A DNA stretch of 63,884 nt, filler included, from Basidiobolus meristosporus CBS 931.73 (lineage: Eukaryota > Fungi > Basidiobolomycota): the NCBI GenBank assembly GCA_002104905.1. It is 3 parts of 3 records of this genome, joined end to end, with 100 filler letters (N's around TTAATTAATTAA, not from the genome) between each part and the next. Parts side by side here need not be neighbours in the genome. Positions count along the whole stretch, not along the records: positions 24,550 to 56,184 come from MCFE01000838.1; 2 more parts are not named here. One strand, given 5' to 3'. Shown in pieces: positions 24,450-37,198 of the stretch. The notes beneath the pieces are model-generated. The model was not told the origin of the DNA. It did no database searches and worked only from the letters and a program-made list of their open reading frames with translations. The translations under genes were made by a program, and so were the position numbers. The stretch's first letter is position 1, and each line of letters opens with the position of its first letter.

Positions 24450-24549
24450 NNNNNNNNNNNNNNNNNNNNNNNNNNNNNNNNNNNNNNNNNNNNTTAATTA
24501 ATTAANNNNNNNNNNNNNNNNNNNNNNNNNNNNNNNNNNNNNNNNNNNN
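24450..24549. other. Scaffold gap (44 N + TTAATTAATTAA + 44 N)
   Basis: Identical construct at 56185..56284; the linker gives stops in all six frames. Confidence 0.97.
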
Positions 24550-25355
24550 GCTTTTCAACAATATCCCTATACTGATGACCAAGTTGTTCATGGGGCATTT
24601 CAAGCTAAATGAGCCCTTTGAGATACTGGAGAAACGTGACAGAATTAGCAAGATATTAGAGAGTATCTGCTACCCTAAGTACCTCTCACAGGCCCCAATT
24701 AATAATCATACGCATATGCAACAATACAAATGCAAAGACTTGATGAACTGGATATGTATTTATTCAAGTGGTGTTCTGAAGCCATTCCTACCAAGAGTTC
24801 ACTGAAAGCATAGGGAGTTATATGTGGACATTGTAGGAATATTTATCCAGAAGTGGAGCACCAATGCCAACTTGATGCATCTACAGCTGTTGTGTGAGGA
24901 GTTTGTAACAGGATTTGAGCGGCTGTACTGCAAACATAAAGCTCAGCATGTAGATCTTTGCTGCTACTGTATCCATTTGCTACTCCATCTTGCACAGTGT
25001 GTGGAGAATATTGGGCTTGCTTCACCTTTTGAGAGTTTCCTATGGAGCAGATGTGTGGGGAGATAGGAAAACAAGTCAAGTTGCAGGTACTACCATATCC
25101 CAATCTCATCAAGAATATTACCTTCAAGTCTGTCATGGATGTGATGAGTTGGCACATGGAGGACAGCCAGAAAGAGTTGGAAGATATTGAGGGCAAATGT
25201 GCACATGGAGACACCTATGCCTATGGCATTAAGAAGCTAAGCAGCCCCAATGCATGGGTAATCAGTTAAGTAATGCAAAGTTGGGATGGGTGCAACAAGC
25301 TACCAATTTTTATCAGGAAAACTCCACCAAGATATGCCTGATTTATTGTGGTCAC
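24550..25355 (+). pseudogene. CACTA transposase C-terminal fragment
   Basis: ORFs 24575..24805 and 25042..25269 match the C-terminus of 49662..51275 (MTKLFMGHFKLNEP; YPNLIKNITFKSVMDVMSWHME). Confidence 0.88.
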
Positions 25356-27673
25356 TGTTGTAAGAGTCTTGGAGATATTGGAAGTGATTGGGAGAACAAG
25401 TAGATTATGTGGTTTTCACTTGATGATTTATTGAATGTAAAAGTAGTATTTATACTTTTACCTGGTCTTGGCATCACAAGCACGTAGAATAGGTTAAGGA
25501 AGGTCCCAAGAACATGTGTGCAAAGTTTGGGGCTGTTTGGACAACTTTGAGAATTTTCATGTTCTGGGTACCTGGTATTTTGGTGAAAATATTCTAAGTA
25601 AATCCCAACAAGGAATTTGGTCAGTATTCTCTAGGATTTGAAGGTGATGATCTAAGTGACTAAGTTAGGTGAATATTTAGGTGGAATTACAAATTTTTAC
25701 AACACTCCCACTCAGCTAAATGTTCATACTGACTAGTCCTAATTTTGACCTAAGATATTCAAACTTGTCTCTGGCTAATGGTTTGGTAAATATGTCTGCA
25801 ATCATTCCATCTGTAGGACAGTAAACTAAGCTAACTAAGTTATTCTCTATAGCTTCACGTATGAAATGATGTCTAATATCTATGTGCTTGGTTCTAGCAT
25901 GAAAAGTTGGATTTCTACCTAATTGTATACATCCTTGATTATCTTGAAATAAAGTAATAGGCGTTTTTTGACATAGGCCTGAATCTGCAAAGAGCTTTCT
26001 TAACCACATTGCTTCTTCTGTAGCTTCACAGGCTGCCATATACTCTGCCTCTGTAGTAGAAAGTGCTACGGTTGGTTGCTTTCTTGAATTCCATGAAATT
26101 GCTCCTTTACAGTAAAGAAAGGTGAATCCTGTGGTGGATCTTCTGTCTTCCAAATTTTGTCCCCAATCTGCATCAGAGTATCCCACAAGATCTTGTTCTG
26201 AGTCCTTATAAGTGTAGCTTAAGCAAATATCAGCAGTTCCTTTTAGGTATCTAAAAATCCGCTTAACTGCTGCAATATGATCAGATCCATAGTTCTGATT
26301 ATGTTGGCTGACAACTCCCACTGAATATGAGATATCTGGACGTGTTCCAAGCATGATATACATCAGACTGCTGACCATAGATTGATAAGGAAAGTCAGGG
26401 CTTTCAGATGGCACCAAGCTCTCTTGATTTGGTTGAGTTTTGACCAAGTTAAGGTTTGTCTCCATTGGGGTTGCTGCCGGTTTACAGTCTTCCATTTTGT
26501 ACTTCTTTAGTGAATCTTGAATATACTTGGATTGGCTTAGGGTAATAGTCTGGGTACTTCTGTCTATGGAGAACTTAATCCCTAAGTAGTAACTGAGTTC
26601 TCCTAGATCGGACATCTTGAACTCCTTAGATAGGTTGGATTTAGTCTCTTCCAATTGTTCTAGGTTATTGGCGGCTATAATAAGATCATCCACATATAGA
26701 GCTAATAGAACTGGATTTGCTCTATCTGGCTTATAGTATATACTATAGTCAGCATTACTCCTTTTGAAACTCAAAGATTCCAAATAAGAATCTATCTTGC
26801 AATTCCAGGCTCTCGGTGATTGTTTGAGACCGTATAGTGACTTTTTAAGCTTGCAGACCAAATTGGGGTTATCTTGGTCAACAAACCCATCAGGCTGGTC
26901 CATATACACATCCTCATCAAGTTCTCCATTCAAAAATGCAGTTTTTACATCCATTTGATGAATAAAAAACTTATATTTGGCTGCAATAGCCAATATTAAT
27001 CTGATGGAATTAAACTTGGCTACCGGTGCAAAGGTCTCAGTATAGTCAAGTCCTTTTGTTTGAGAGTATCCTTTGGCTACAAGTCTTGCTTTGTATCTTT
27101 CAATTGTGCCATCAGCCTTGTATTTTGTCTTGAAGACCCATCTGCATCCAATTGATTTTTGGTTGATTGGTAATTTGACTAAGTCCCAAGTTTGATTTTC
27201 CATCAGGGCCTGATATTCCTCAGTCATTGCAGATCTCCAAAACTTTGTCTAAGGGCTATTCAGGGCCTCTTTTATAGTCTGGGGTTCATCAATATGGACT
27301 GAATAGGCATAGGCTAAGTTTGTACTCTCATTGATATAGTAATTTGGGCTTTTTCTTGTCCAATTGGATCTCCGGGCATTTGATACTGGAATGATCACTT
27401 CTGGGATATTCCTGGGCACTGATTCTGGCTGGACCACGGTTGTAGAGTCCTCTGGAGTGAAAAAAATTTCATTGTTTTGCTCTGATTCAATCCTGACAAT
27501 TGGTGGACTTGAGATCAAATTTTTGTCATCATCTGATGTCATTTTTTGTGAAAATTTTGAATTTTCATCAAACAACACATCCCTGGACTTGATCAGCTTC
27601 TTTGCTTTGGTATTGTAGAGTCTGTATGCCTTACTCTCATTGCAGTAGCCCAAAAATATGCATTTTACACTTT
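25356..27673 (-). mobile_element. Third Copia 3' fragment (LTR 25356..25704, RT-RNaseH ORF 25716..27227), truncated by PHIS copy A
   Basis: LTR TGTTGTAA..TTACAACA plus PPT; Copia sequence stops at GCATTTTACACTTT exactly where the AGACTTGTTCC TIR begins. Confidence 0.95.
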
Positions 27674-30600
27674 AGACTTGTTCCATCATACCGTGCCAGG
27701 GCGCGCGGCGCGATCCGCGGTTGCAAAGAACGATTGGGCGCAATATTATAGCTACCAGAAGGCAGGATTGTTCTTGGATGATTTTGCACTATGCAGGACA
27801 ATCTTGCACACTATGGCACAATCTGACACAATGAGGTTGGCGCGGATGATTGCGCCAACTTGTAATGCTTGCATCACGTGCGTGATCGGATACCGCTATA
27901 ATGGCAGGTAAAATCCGGTATTTGGATATGTTTCTTTAATGTAAATGGAAATAAATGTGTATCACACTATAAACTACACTGATACTTACCATTTTGGTTA
28001 CCCCCACTCCAATTGGACAGTATCTCAGTGGTTAATTGGTCCAAAAGTATCCTGAAGCTGGCAGCCCCCAATTGGCTCATTGACTACTGAAAAAGCTACC
28101 TGATTTGTCATCAAATATCCCATTTTGCCCATTGAGCAAGTAAATCCCTGATCCTAGTGATTGGGCAAGGTGTCATAGCTAGCACGCAAGCAATCGTGTA
28201 GGTGCAAAACAGATCCAATAGCTGCACTGGTATTACAGATGACGTATATATATGCAGGGTGTTTATTTATAGGGGTTCTGTCTCAAATGTGAGACGACCT
28301 TGATATTACTTATATCAAAAATTTGATGATCACTGATTTGCAATGGCTCAATTTGGATCGCAAAAAAAAAGGGTTTTTGGGATCATTACAAATGTGCGCA
28401 ATTCAAATCAATCGCATCATCTTCTCCTGGGTTTTTTTCTCACAGGGATTACTACTGAAGCATTTGGTAGTGACTCACTTTGCACACCTATACTACTTCC
28501 TGGCTGACTATCATCTTGGCTACTTGTGTATTTGTAGTCAGTATTTTGCCTCCTAGTTGATGAGTGCAATGCTGCAGCTTGGCCGCGCTGAATTGCTCCG
28601 ACTGAACCAACTGAACCGGCCTGTAGCGCCACGCGCTGACGCGTTCTTTTACTTGCCAAGGGCTCTGGTGGTTGAGTCACTTCATGTTGGTCATCATCAG
28701 TCAGTTCACCAGAAGTAACTTGCTGATGGTCAGGCAAAACGGCACGCGCAGGCGCGCCTTGACGCGTTGAGATGGCCCTTGGCTGAGTTCAATGTGATGC
28801 CGCATGTTGACGCAACTTGGTCCGCTCCAATGGACTTGTGTCTAAATGAGCAGTTTGGCAAGTTCTGGTAGTTTTGCTCTGAAGCGCGCACGTTGACTCA
28901 ACGCGGGGCGTTCTGGTAAAGGGTCTTGGCGTGGTCTGGACTGACGTGCACCGGCGCGCTGTGGTTGCAAGAGATGGTAGGGAATACAGCAAGGCATGCT
29001 GGCGCAATCTGGACGATGTTGCTTGCGGTCTGTATTCTTCCTCCTGAAGCTCACCATCTGATTCCTCAAGGTATTCACTTACCCTCTGTCTGATACTTTG
29101 GAGCTGTTGCCTGGATGAGTCCTGTGTATATTGCTCTCGGAAGCCACTTAGCTCTACTAATATATCACGTAGTACATTAGTCATTTGAGGCAAAAACTCA
29201 TTCAAAATCTCTTTGGTTCCCAAAGTTGAGGCACGAACGGACGCGTCCGGCCTGAACTGTGCAAATTGCACGCGAAATCGTTCCCGTGCAGCTTCCTCGT
29301 CAAATCCCCTCACTCTCAGCTCATTCTTGATTTCAATACTTGTCTTGTTATATATCTTTTTACATACATTGGCTGGCATCTTGATGTAGAACTCATGCCA
29401 CAGCTTTCTACTCAAATTCTTCCATCTTTGTTGACTCTCTGAGGTATCTAGTTCTGCTAGATTAATTAGTAGTGCCCAAATATCTGTATGAAGGCTCATC
29501 ATAGACACTTGGGCCATACTAAAATCATTTGGCGAGAACTCAAACGGATCTGACATCAACTTTTCCGGTCTGGACCACGCTTGTGAGCTGGGGGATGGGT
29601 TTTGTCTGGGTTGTACTAAAGATGAGTTGAGGCTTGGTATGGGGACCATAGCAACGGATTTGGATACTTATACAGCAGTATATTGGCATCAACCTGGTCT
29701 TATATGAAATATATATGAAAACTAAAGTGATTGTTGAATTTCCATATATTATGCATGATGCATCTTGGATTGCGTTGACACGGATCAGATCACATCAATT
29801 GCAGATTTCCTATTTGATTATAGACCTATGATTAAGGCATCAATAAAAGTACCAAGGCATTGTTTGCGAATGATTTTTGCAACATAATGATGGGATACAT
29901 GGCAATTGATGGAGATTTAACCATAATGTGTTAAAAATCAGATAAATAACGCAGATCGCGCCGAATCAATTCAAACCGCCTCCATACAATCATCCATCAA
30001 TTTTAATATGACTTACTCATCTGAATGGTCTTTTCTCATCAATCCCATCACTACCACTGGATTTCATTTTGACACACTAGAGGAGATCTATTCCAAGTAC
30101 TGTGGACCATCAACCCCAATCTACTCAAGGAGATCCCTTGTTAAGCTTCTCTGCTATTACAAGAACTATTGCCCTACAAGGTTTCATCTCACCATCCATG
30201 GCAACAAAAGTCCTAGAAGCTTTCATTCCCAGCTGACAGCAATGGAGAACCACCTTGCAGAGGGTATGAATGACTTGGAGCAAGCTTGGAATACTAGGTT
30301 CAGTAGCTCCAATAGACTTCCATATCCCAGGGTGTTCAGCAACAGGTTCCATATCAGGAGTATTTTGGATACCTTCCCAGTGAGGATTGGCAGACCTTCT
30401 AGAGGGTAGAGGCACTTTTATTCTGGCAAGTACAAGGCACACTGTGTGAAGTTTCAAGCACTGTCTGACATTGAGGGTAACATCATCTGGTTTAGTGGGC
30501 CATTTGCTGGAAGTAGGCATGACAAAGCACTCTGGGTAGAGAATCATCCTGAATTCAGTAGAGGGGAGAAATGTATGGCAGACTTAGCCTATATAGGAGA

Positions 30601-31075
30601 GGATTGTCAGAGATTAGAATGTATTACAGCTTATAGGAAGCCAAGGAATGGTGTGCTTAGCAGGAAGCAGAAGCTCTACAATGAGATATTTAATCATTTC
30701 AGAGTAAGGGTAGAGCACACATTTGGATATCTGAAGAGATTCAGCATATTGGCAGGTAAATACAGAGGAAAGTCATATATAGGAGAAAACAGCAGAATAG
30801 GTAAAATAATTAAAATACTCATTAATGCTCAGTTTGTTCATACAAGAAGACATCCACTGAGAGAAATGTGTCTGGAGCATTATGAAGAGTAAATAAAGCA
30901 AGGAAAGCACTATTCTGAGCAACATAAGTAAGATTGAGTAAAATTACCAGTAACTGTATCATACCACTGGCATCATGGTAGAAATTATAGTGCCAGATAA
31001 TGCTGTAGAGTGCCAGATTGATCCAGCACCATAAACAGGCTGGCACTAAGTGGCACTATCCAACAGAACAAGTCT
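27674..31075 (+). mobile_element. PHIS two-ORF transposon copy A (3402 bp)
   Basis: AGACTTGTTCC / AGAACAAGTCT termini; ORF2 on minus (28417..29649, frameshifted); transposase on plus (30008..30892, CAG>TAG stop at 30407); flanks (TTT/ACA) do not form a TSD. Confidence 0.93.
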
Positions 31076-32745
31076 ACAAACTTGTTGACCTGTAGTCCAG
31101 GTGTTATTCATACACTTGTTGACCTGGAGTCCAGGTGTTAGTCATACACTTGTCAGCCTGAAGTCCAGGTTCAGGTCATACACTTGTGAGCCTGCAGTCC
31201 AGGTCTAGGTCATACACTTGTTAACCTAGAGTCCAGGTGTAGTTCATACACTTGTTGACCTGGAGTCCAGGTGTTAGTCATACACTTGTTAACCTGGAGT
31301 CCAGGTGTTAGTCATACACTTGTTAACCTGGAGTCCAGGTGTAGTTCATACACTTGTTGACCTGGAGTCCAGGTGTTAGTCATATACTTGCTGACCTGGA
31401 GTCCAGGTGTTAGTCATACACTTGTTGACCTGGAGTCCAGGTGTTATTCATACACTTGTTGACCTGGAGTCCAGGTGTTAGTCATACACTTGTCAGCCTG
31501 AAGTCCAGGTGCAGGTCATACACTTGTGAGCCTGCAGTCCAGGTCTAGGTCATACACTTGTTAACCTAGAGTCCAGGTGTAGGTCATACACTTGTTGACC
31601 TGGAGTCCAGGTGTTAGTCATACACTTATCAGCCTGAAGTCCAGGTTCAGGTCATACACTTGTGAGCCTGCAGTCCAGGTCTAGGTCATACACTTGTTAA
31701 CCTAGAGTCCAGGTGTAGTTCATACACTTGTTGACCTGGAGTCCAGGTGTTAGTCATACACTTGTTAACCTGGAGTCCAGGTGTTAGTCATACACTTGTT
31801 AACCTGGAGTCCAGGTGTAGTTCATACACTTGTTGACCTGGAGTCCAGGTGTTATTCATACACTTGTTGACCTGGAGTCCAGGTGTTAGTCATATACTTG
31901 CTGACCTGGAGTCCAGGTGTTAGTCATACACTTGTTGACCTGGAGTCCAGGTGTTATTCATACACTTGTTGACCTGGAGTCCAGGTGTTAGTCATACACT
32001 TGTCAGCCTGAAGTCCAGGTGCAGGTCATACACTTGTGAGCCTGCAGTCCAGGTCTAGGTCATACACTTGTTAACCTAGAGTCCAGGTGTAGGTCATACA
32101 CTTGTTGACCTGGAGTCCAGGTGTTAGTCATACACTTGTTGACTTGCAGTCCAGGCTTTGGTCATACACTTGTTAACCTGAAGTCCAGGTTCAGGTCATA
32201 CGCTTGTGAGCCTGCAGTCCAGGTGTAGGTCATACACTTGTTGACCTGCAGTCAAGGTTTAGGTCATACACTTGTTCACCTGGAGTCCAGGTGTAGGTTA
32301 TACACATGTTATCCTGGAGTCCAGGTGTAGGTCATAAACTTGTCAACCTGGAGTCTAGGTTTTGGTTATATAGTTGTTAACCTGTAGTCCATGCTCAGGT
32401 CATACACTTGTGAGCCTGCAGTCCAGGTGTAGGTCATACACCTGTAGATCTGGAGTCCAGGTGTAAGTTATACGCATGTTATCCTGGAGCTGAGGTGTAG
32501 GTCATACACTTTTTGGCCTGGAGTTGAGGTGTAGGTCATACACTTGTTGGCCTGGAGTCCAGGTTTTGGTTATACAGTTGTAAGCCTGGAGTCCAGGTTC
32601 AGGTAATATACTTGCTAACCTGGAGTCTGGGTTTAGGTAATACACTTGCTAACCTATGCACAAGTTATCCTGGAGTTGAGGTGTTGGTCATAAAGTTGTT
32701 AACCTGGAGTCCAGGTTCAGGTCATACACTTGTGAGCCTGGAGTG
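31076..32745. repeat. 34-bp tandem repeat, ~49 monomers, consensus CATACACTTGTTGACCTGGAGTCCAGGTGTTAGT
   Basis: Monomer starts at 31109+34n hold to ~32650; central ACCTGGA-G-TCCAGGT dyad; recurring variant order gives a 14-15-monomer higher-order repeat. Confidence 0.97.
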
Positions 32746-32753
32746 TTAAAATT

Positions 32754-35700
32754 GAGTTGTTCCATTGTACCGTGCGAGGGCGCGCGGCGCGATCCGCGGT
32801 CGCAAAGAACAATCGGGCGCGATATTATGGCTACCAGAAGACAGGATTGTTCTTGGACGATTTCGCACTATGCGGGACAATCTTGCACACTATGGCACAA
32901 TCTGACACGATGAGGTTGGCACGGATGATCGCGCCAACTCGTTATGTTTGCATCACGTGCGCGATCGGATACCGCTATAATGGCAGGTAAAATCTGGTAT
33001 TTGGATATGTTTCTTTAATGTAAATGGAAATAAATGTGTATCACACTATAAACTATACTGATACTTACCATTTTGGTTACCCTCACTCCAATTGGACAGT
33101 ATCTCAGTGGTTAACTGGTCCAAAAGTATCCTGAAGCTGGCATCCCCCAATTGGCTCATTGACTACTAAAAAAGCTACCTGATTCGCCAACAAATATCCC
33201 ATTTTGCCCATTGAGCAAGTAAATCCCTGATCCTAGTGATTGGGCAAGGTGTCATAGCTAGCACGCAAGCAATCATGTAGGTGCGGAACAGATCCAATTG
33301 CTGCACTGGTATTGCAGATGACGTATATATATGCAGGGTGTTTATTTATAGGGGTTCTGTCTCAAATGTGAGACAACCTTGATATTACTTATATCAAAAA
33401 TTTGATGATCACTGATTTGCGATGGCTTGATTTGGATTGCAAAAAAAAAGGGTTGTTGGGATCATTACAAATGTGAGCGATTCAAAGCAATCGCATCATC
33501 TTCTCCTGGGTTTTTTTCTCACAGGGATTACTACTGAAGCATTTGGTAGTGACTCACTTTGCACACCTATACTACTTCCAGGCTGACTATCATCTTGGCT
33601 ACTTGTGAATTCATAGTCAGTATTTTGCCTCCTAGTTGATGAGTGCGATGCTGCAGCTTTGCCGTGCTGAATTGCTCCGACTGAACTAACTGAACCGGCC
33701 TGTAGTGCCACGCGCTGACGCGTTCTTTTACTTGCCAAGGGCTCTGGTGGTTGAGGCACTTCATGTTGGTCATCATCAGTCAGTTCACCAGAAGTAATTC
33801 GCTGATGGTCGGGCGAAACGGCACGCACAGGTGCGCCTTGACGCGTTGAGATGGCCCTTGGCTGAGTTCGATGGGATGCCGCATGTTGACGCGACTTGGC
33901 GCCGGCGCGCTGTGGTTGCAAGAGATGGTAGGGAATCCAGCGAGGCGTGCTGGCGCGATCTGGACAATGTTGCCCGCGGTCTGTATTCTTCCTCCTGAAG
34001 CTCACCATCTGATTCCTCAAGGTATTCACTTACCCTCTGTCTGATACTTTGGAGCTGTTGCCTGGATGAGTCCTGTGTATATTGCTCTCGGAAGCCACTT
34101 AGCTCTACTAATATATCACGTAGTACATTAGTCATTTGAGGCAAAAACTCATTCAAAATCTCTTTGGTTCCCAAAGTTGAGGCACAAACGGACGCGTCCG
34201 GCCCGTACTGTGCAAATTGCGCGTGAAATTGTTCCCGCGCGGCTTCTTTGTCAAATCCCCTCACTCTCAGCTCATTCTTGATTTCAATACTTGTCTTGTT
34301 ATATATCTTTTTACATACATCAGCTGGCATCTTGATGTAGAACTCATGCCACAGCTTTCTACTCAAATTCTTCCATCTTTGTCGACTCTCTGAGGTATCT
34401 AGTTCTGCTAGATTAATCAGTAGTGCCCAAATATCTGTATGAAGGCTCATCATAGACACTTGGGCCATACTAAAATCACTTGGCAAGAACTCGAACGGAT
34501 CCGACATTGACTTTTCCGGTCCGGACCGCGCTTGTGAGCTGGGGGATGGGTTTTGTCTGGGTTGTACTAAAGATGAGTTGAGGCTTGGTATGGGGACCAT
34601 AGCAACGGATTTGGATACTTATACAGCAGTATATTGGCATCAACCTGGTCTTATATGAAATATATATGAAAACTAATGTGATTGTTGAATTTTCCATATA
34701 TTATGCATGATGCATCTCGGATTGCGTTGACACGTATCAGATCACATCAATTGCAGATTTCCTATTTGATTATAGACCTATGATTAAAGCATCAATAAAA
34801 GTACCAAGGCATTGTTTGCGGATGATTTTTGCGACATAATGATGGGATACATGGCAATTGATGGAGATTTAACCATAATGTGTTAAAAATCAGATAAATA
34901 AGGCGGATCGCGCCGAATCGATTCAAACCGCCTTTATACGATCATCCATCAATTTTAATATGACTTACTCATCTGAATGGTCTTTTCTCATCAATCCCAT
35001 CACTACCACTGGATTTCCTTTTGACACACTGGAGGAGATCTATTCCAAGTACTGTGGACCATCAACCCCAATCTACTCAAGGAGATCCCTTGTTAAGCTT
35101 CTCTGCTATTACAAGAACTATTGCCCTACAAGGTTTCATCCCACCATCCATGGCAACAAAAGTCCTAGAAGCTTTCATTCCCAGCTGACAGCAATGGAGA
35201 ACCACCTTGCAGAGGGTATGAATGACTTGGAGCAAGCTTGGAATACTAGGTTCAGAAGCTCCAATAGACTTCCATATCCCAGAGTGTTCAGCAACAGGTT
35301 CCATATCAGGAGTATTTTGGATACCTTCCCAGTGAGGATTAAAAGACCTTCTAGAGGGCAGAGGCACTTTTATTCTGGCAAGTACAAGGCACACTGTGTG
35401 AAGTTTCAAGCACTGTCTGACATTGAGGGTAACATCATCTGGTTTAGTGGGCCATTTGCTGAAAGTAGGCATGACAAAGCACTCTGGGTAGAGAATCATC
35501 CTGAACTCAGTAGAGGGGAGAAATGTATGGCAGACTTGGCCTATATAGGAGAGGATTGTCAGAGATTAGGATGTATTACAGCTTATAGGAAGCCAAGGAA
35601 TGGTGTGCTTAGCAGGAAGCAGAAGCTCTACAATGAGATATTTAATCATTTCAGAGTAAGGGTAGAGCACACATTTGGATATCTGAAGAGATTCAGCATA

Positions 35701-36027
35701 TTGGCAGGTAAATACAGAGGAAAGTCATGTATAGGTGAAAACAGCAGAGTAGGTAAAATAGTTAAGATACTTATTAATGCACAGTATGTTCATACAAGAA
35801 GACATCCACTGAGAGAAATGTGTCTGGAGCATTATGAAGAGTAAATAAAGCAAGGAAAGCACTATTCTGAGCAACATAAGTAAGATTGAGTAAAATTACC
35901 AGTAACTGTATCATACCACTGGCATTGTGGTAGAAATTATAGTGCCAGATAGTGCCGTAGAGTGCCAGATCGATCCAGCACTATAAACAGGCTGGCACTA
36001 TGTGGCACTATCCAACGGAACAAGTCT
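32754..36027 (+). mobile_element. PHIS two-ORF transposon copy B, inserted in the satellite domain
   Basis: Damaged left TIR (ATT|GAGTTGTTCC), intact right TIR GGAACAAGTCT|ATT; ORF2 (33496..34600,-) has an internal ~0.13-kb deletion; transposase ORF open. Confidence 0.92.
34960..35844 (+). CDS. DDE_Tnp_4-type (IS5/ISL2/Harbinger-like) transposase, 294 aa
   Basis: SILDTFP (D1), FYSGKYKAHCVKFQ, S.HD, MADLAYIG (D2), YNEIFNHFRVRVEHTFGYLK (E). Confidence 0.9.
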   Translation: MTYSSEWSFLINPITTTGFPFDTLEEIYSKYCGPSTPIYSRRSLVKLLCYYKNYCPTRFHPTIHGNKSPRSFHSQLTAMENHLAEGMNDLEQAWNTRFRSSNRLPYPRVFSNRFHIRSILDTFPVRIKRPSRGQRHFYSGKYKAHCVKFQALSDIEGNIIWFSGPFAESRHDKALWVENHPELSRGEKCMADLAYIGEDCQRLGCITAYRKPRNGVLSRKQKLYNEIFNHFRVRVEHTFGYLKRFSILAGKYRGKSCIGENSRVGKIVKILINAQYVHTRRHPLREMCLEHYEE

Positions 36028-36121
36028 ATTACATTGTACACTTATTAATTTGGAGTCCAGGGTTGGGTAAAATACTTGTTATTGTGGTATTTAGGTTGAT
36101 GCAAACAACATGTTTTCCCGG

Positions 36122-37198
36122 TGTAGTGGGGTTACAGTGACACCCACTGACAGATGTGATAATTCCTATATTTTCTACTTCTCTATTTCTCTACCACCCT
36201 TATTTTAGTTTAATCCCATTTGTCTAACTTGATCAGTACTATCCCATAAGCCAGCCAACTATCACAGCTGCTTACCTTATTGCATAAGTTAACCCCCACT
36301 TTATGTAAGATTACTAGCTATAAGTGCTTCTATATTAGGCAAGTACCCACACCAGTACCCATAACACATGATCAATCCGTGTCACCATCCCTACTACTTT
36401 CATACCATATATGGTATCCCTATGTTACACAGGTTTCATAATACTGATTCCTGATTGGTTTGATGTGCTGTGCCTCTTGGAACCTTCCAGCACATACTTG
36501 AAACATTCTTAGCTCATTCTGATGTCATTAAGATTTCTATTGATATCCAGAACCTTCTGGAACACCATGATTAGTAATCACTTAGACAGTGAGAAAAGTA
36601 TATAAGGGAGGCTATCCCTCAACAATAGATCATCATCCCTTTTATCAATATACCAACTTGTTGATTAGTGTGATCACTGCTACCTGCTGCTACCTGAATT
36701 TCCAACCCCAGACCACAGAACACTTCCAGGAAGCCGTGCTGACAGCCAACTGACCTTGGAGGCACTACTTGTGAGGAATACTCATATTAGGTATCTTTTA
36801 TTATATTTGATTTTTTTCCTAAGTTTGTTCTTGTACAGGCAAAGAAACTTTTCTATCTTTGTAACTATTGACCACAGCTGCATTCTTATCAAGTCCCTGC
36901 TGGTGGAGTTTACAGTTGTTTTGACTTTGGAAGCCTTAGTACATTGTCATGTCAAAGGACACTGAACCCAGCACATACTTTTGTTAAGACACCAACTAAG
37001 TTGGGGATTGTAGCTCAATAGTTTTTCCTTGACAAGCTTTGTGGCTTTATTCCCCATGATATTAGACTAGAGACGGAACCCAAGTATTCCTAGCAAGCTT
37101 TTGCCAGAGGTTATTGCTCCCAGTGAATACCCCACACACAAAACACTTGAGAAGTGTTGGGTGTATTTCTCCCCTTGGACATATACACCACCACCACA
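36122..37198 (+). mobile_element. ~1.08-kb solo LTR (same family as 15533)
   Basis: TGTAGTGG...CCACCACA; flanks CCGG/CTGG (4-bp TSD with a CpG transition); splits a satellite monomer. Confidence 0.8.

Noticed and set aside
24494-24505. TTAATTAATTAA palindrome inside N runs (also 56229..56240)
   Set aside because: Centred in identical 44N+12+44N gaps and gives stops in all six frames; an assembly linker, not biology.
27678-27911. 77-83-aa ORF at the element end (also 32757, 45376)
   Set aside because: Non-ATG start overlapping the TIR, with no recognisable motif; more likely CpG-rich subterminal DNA.
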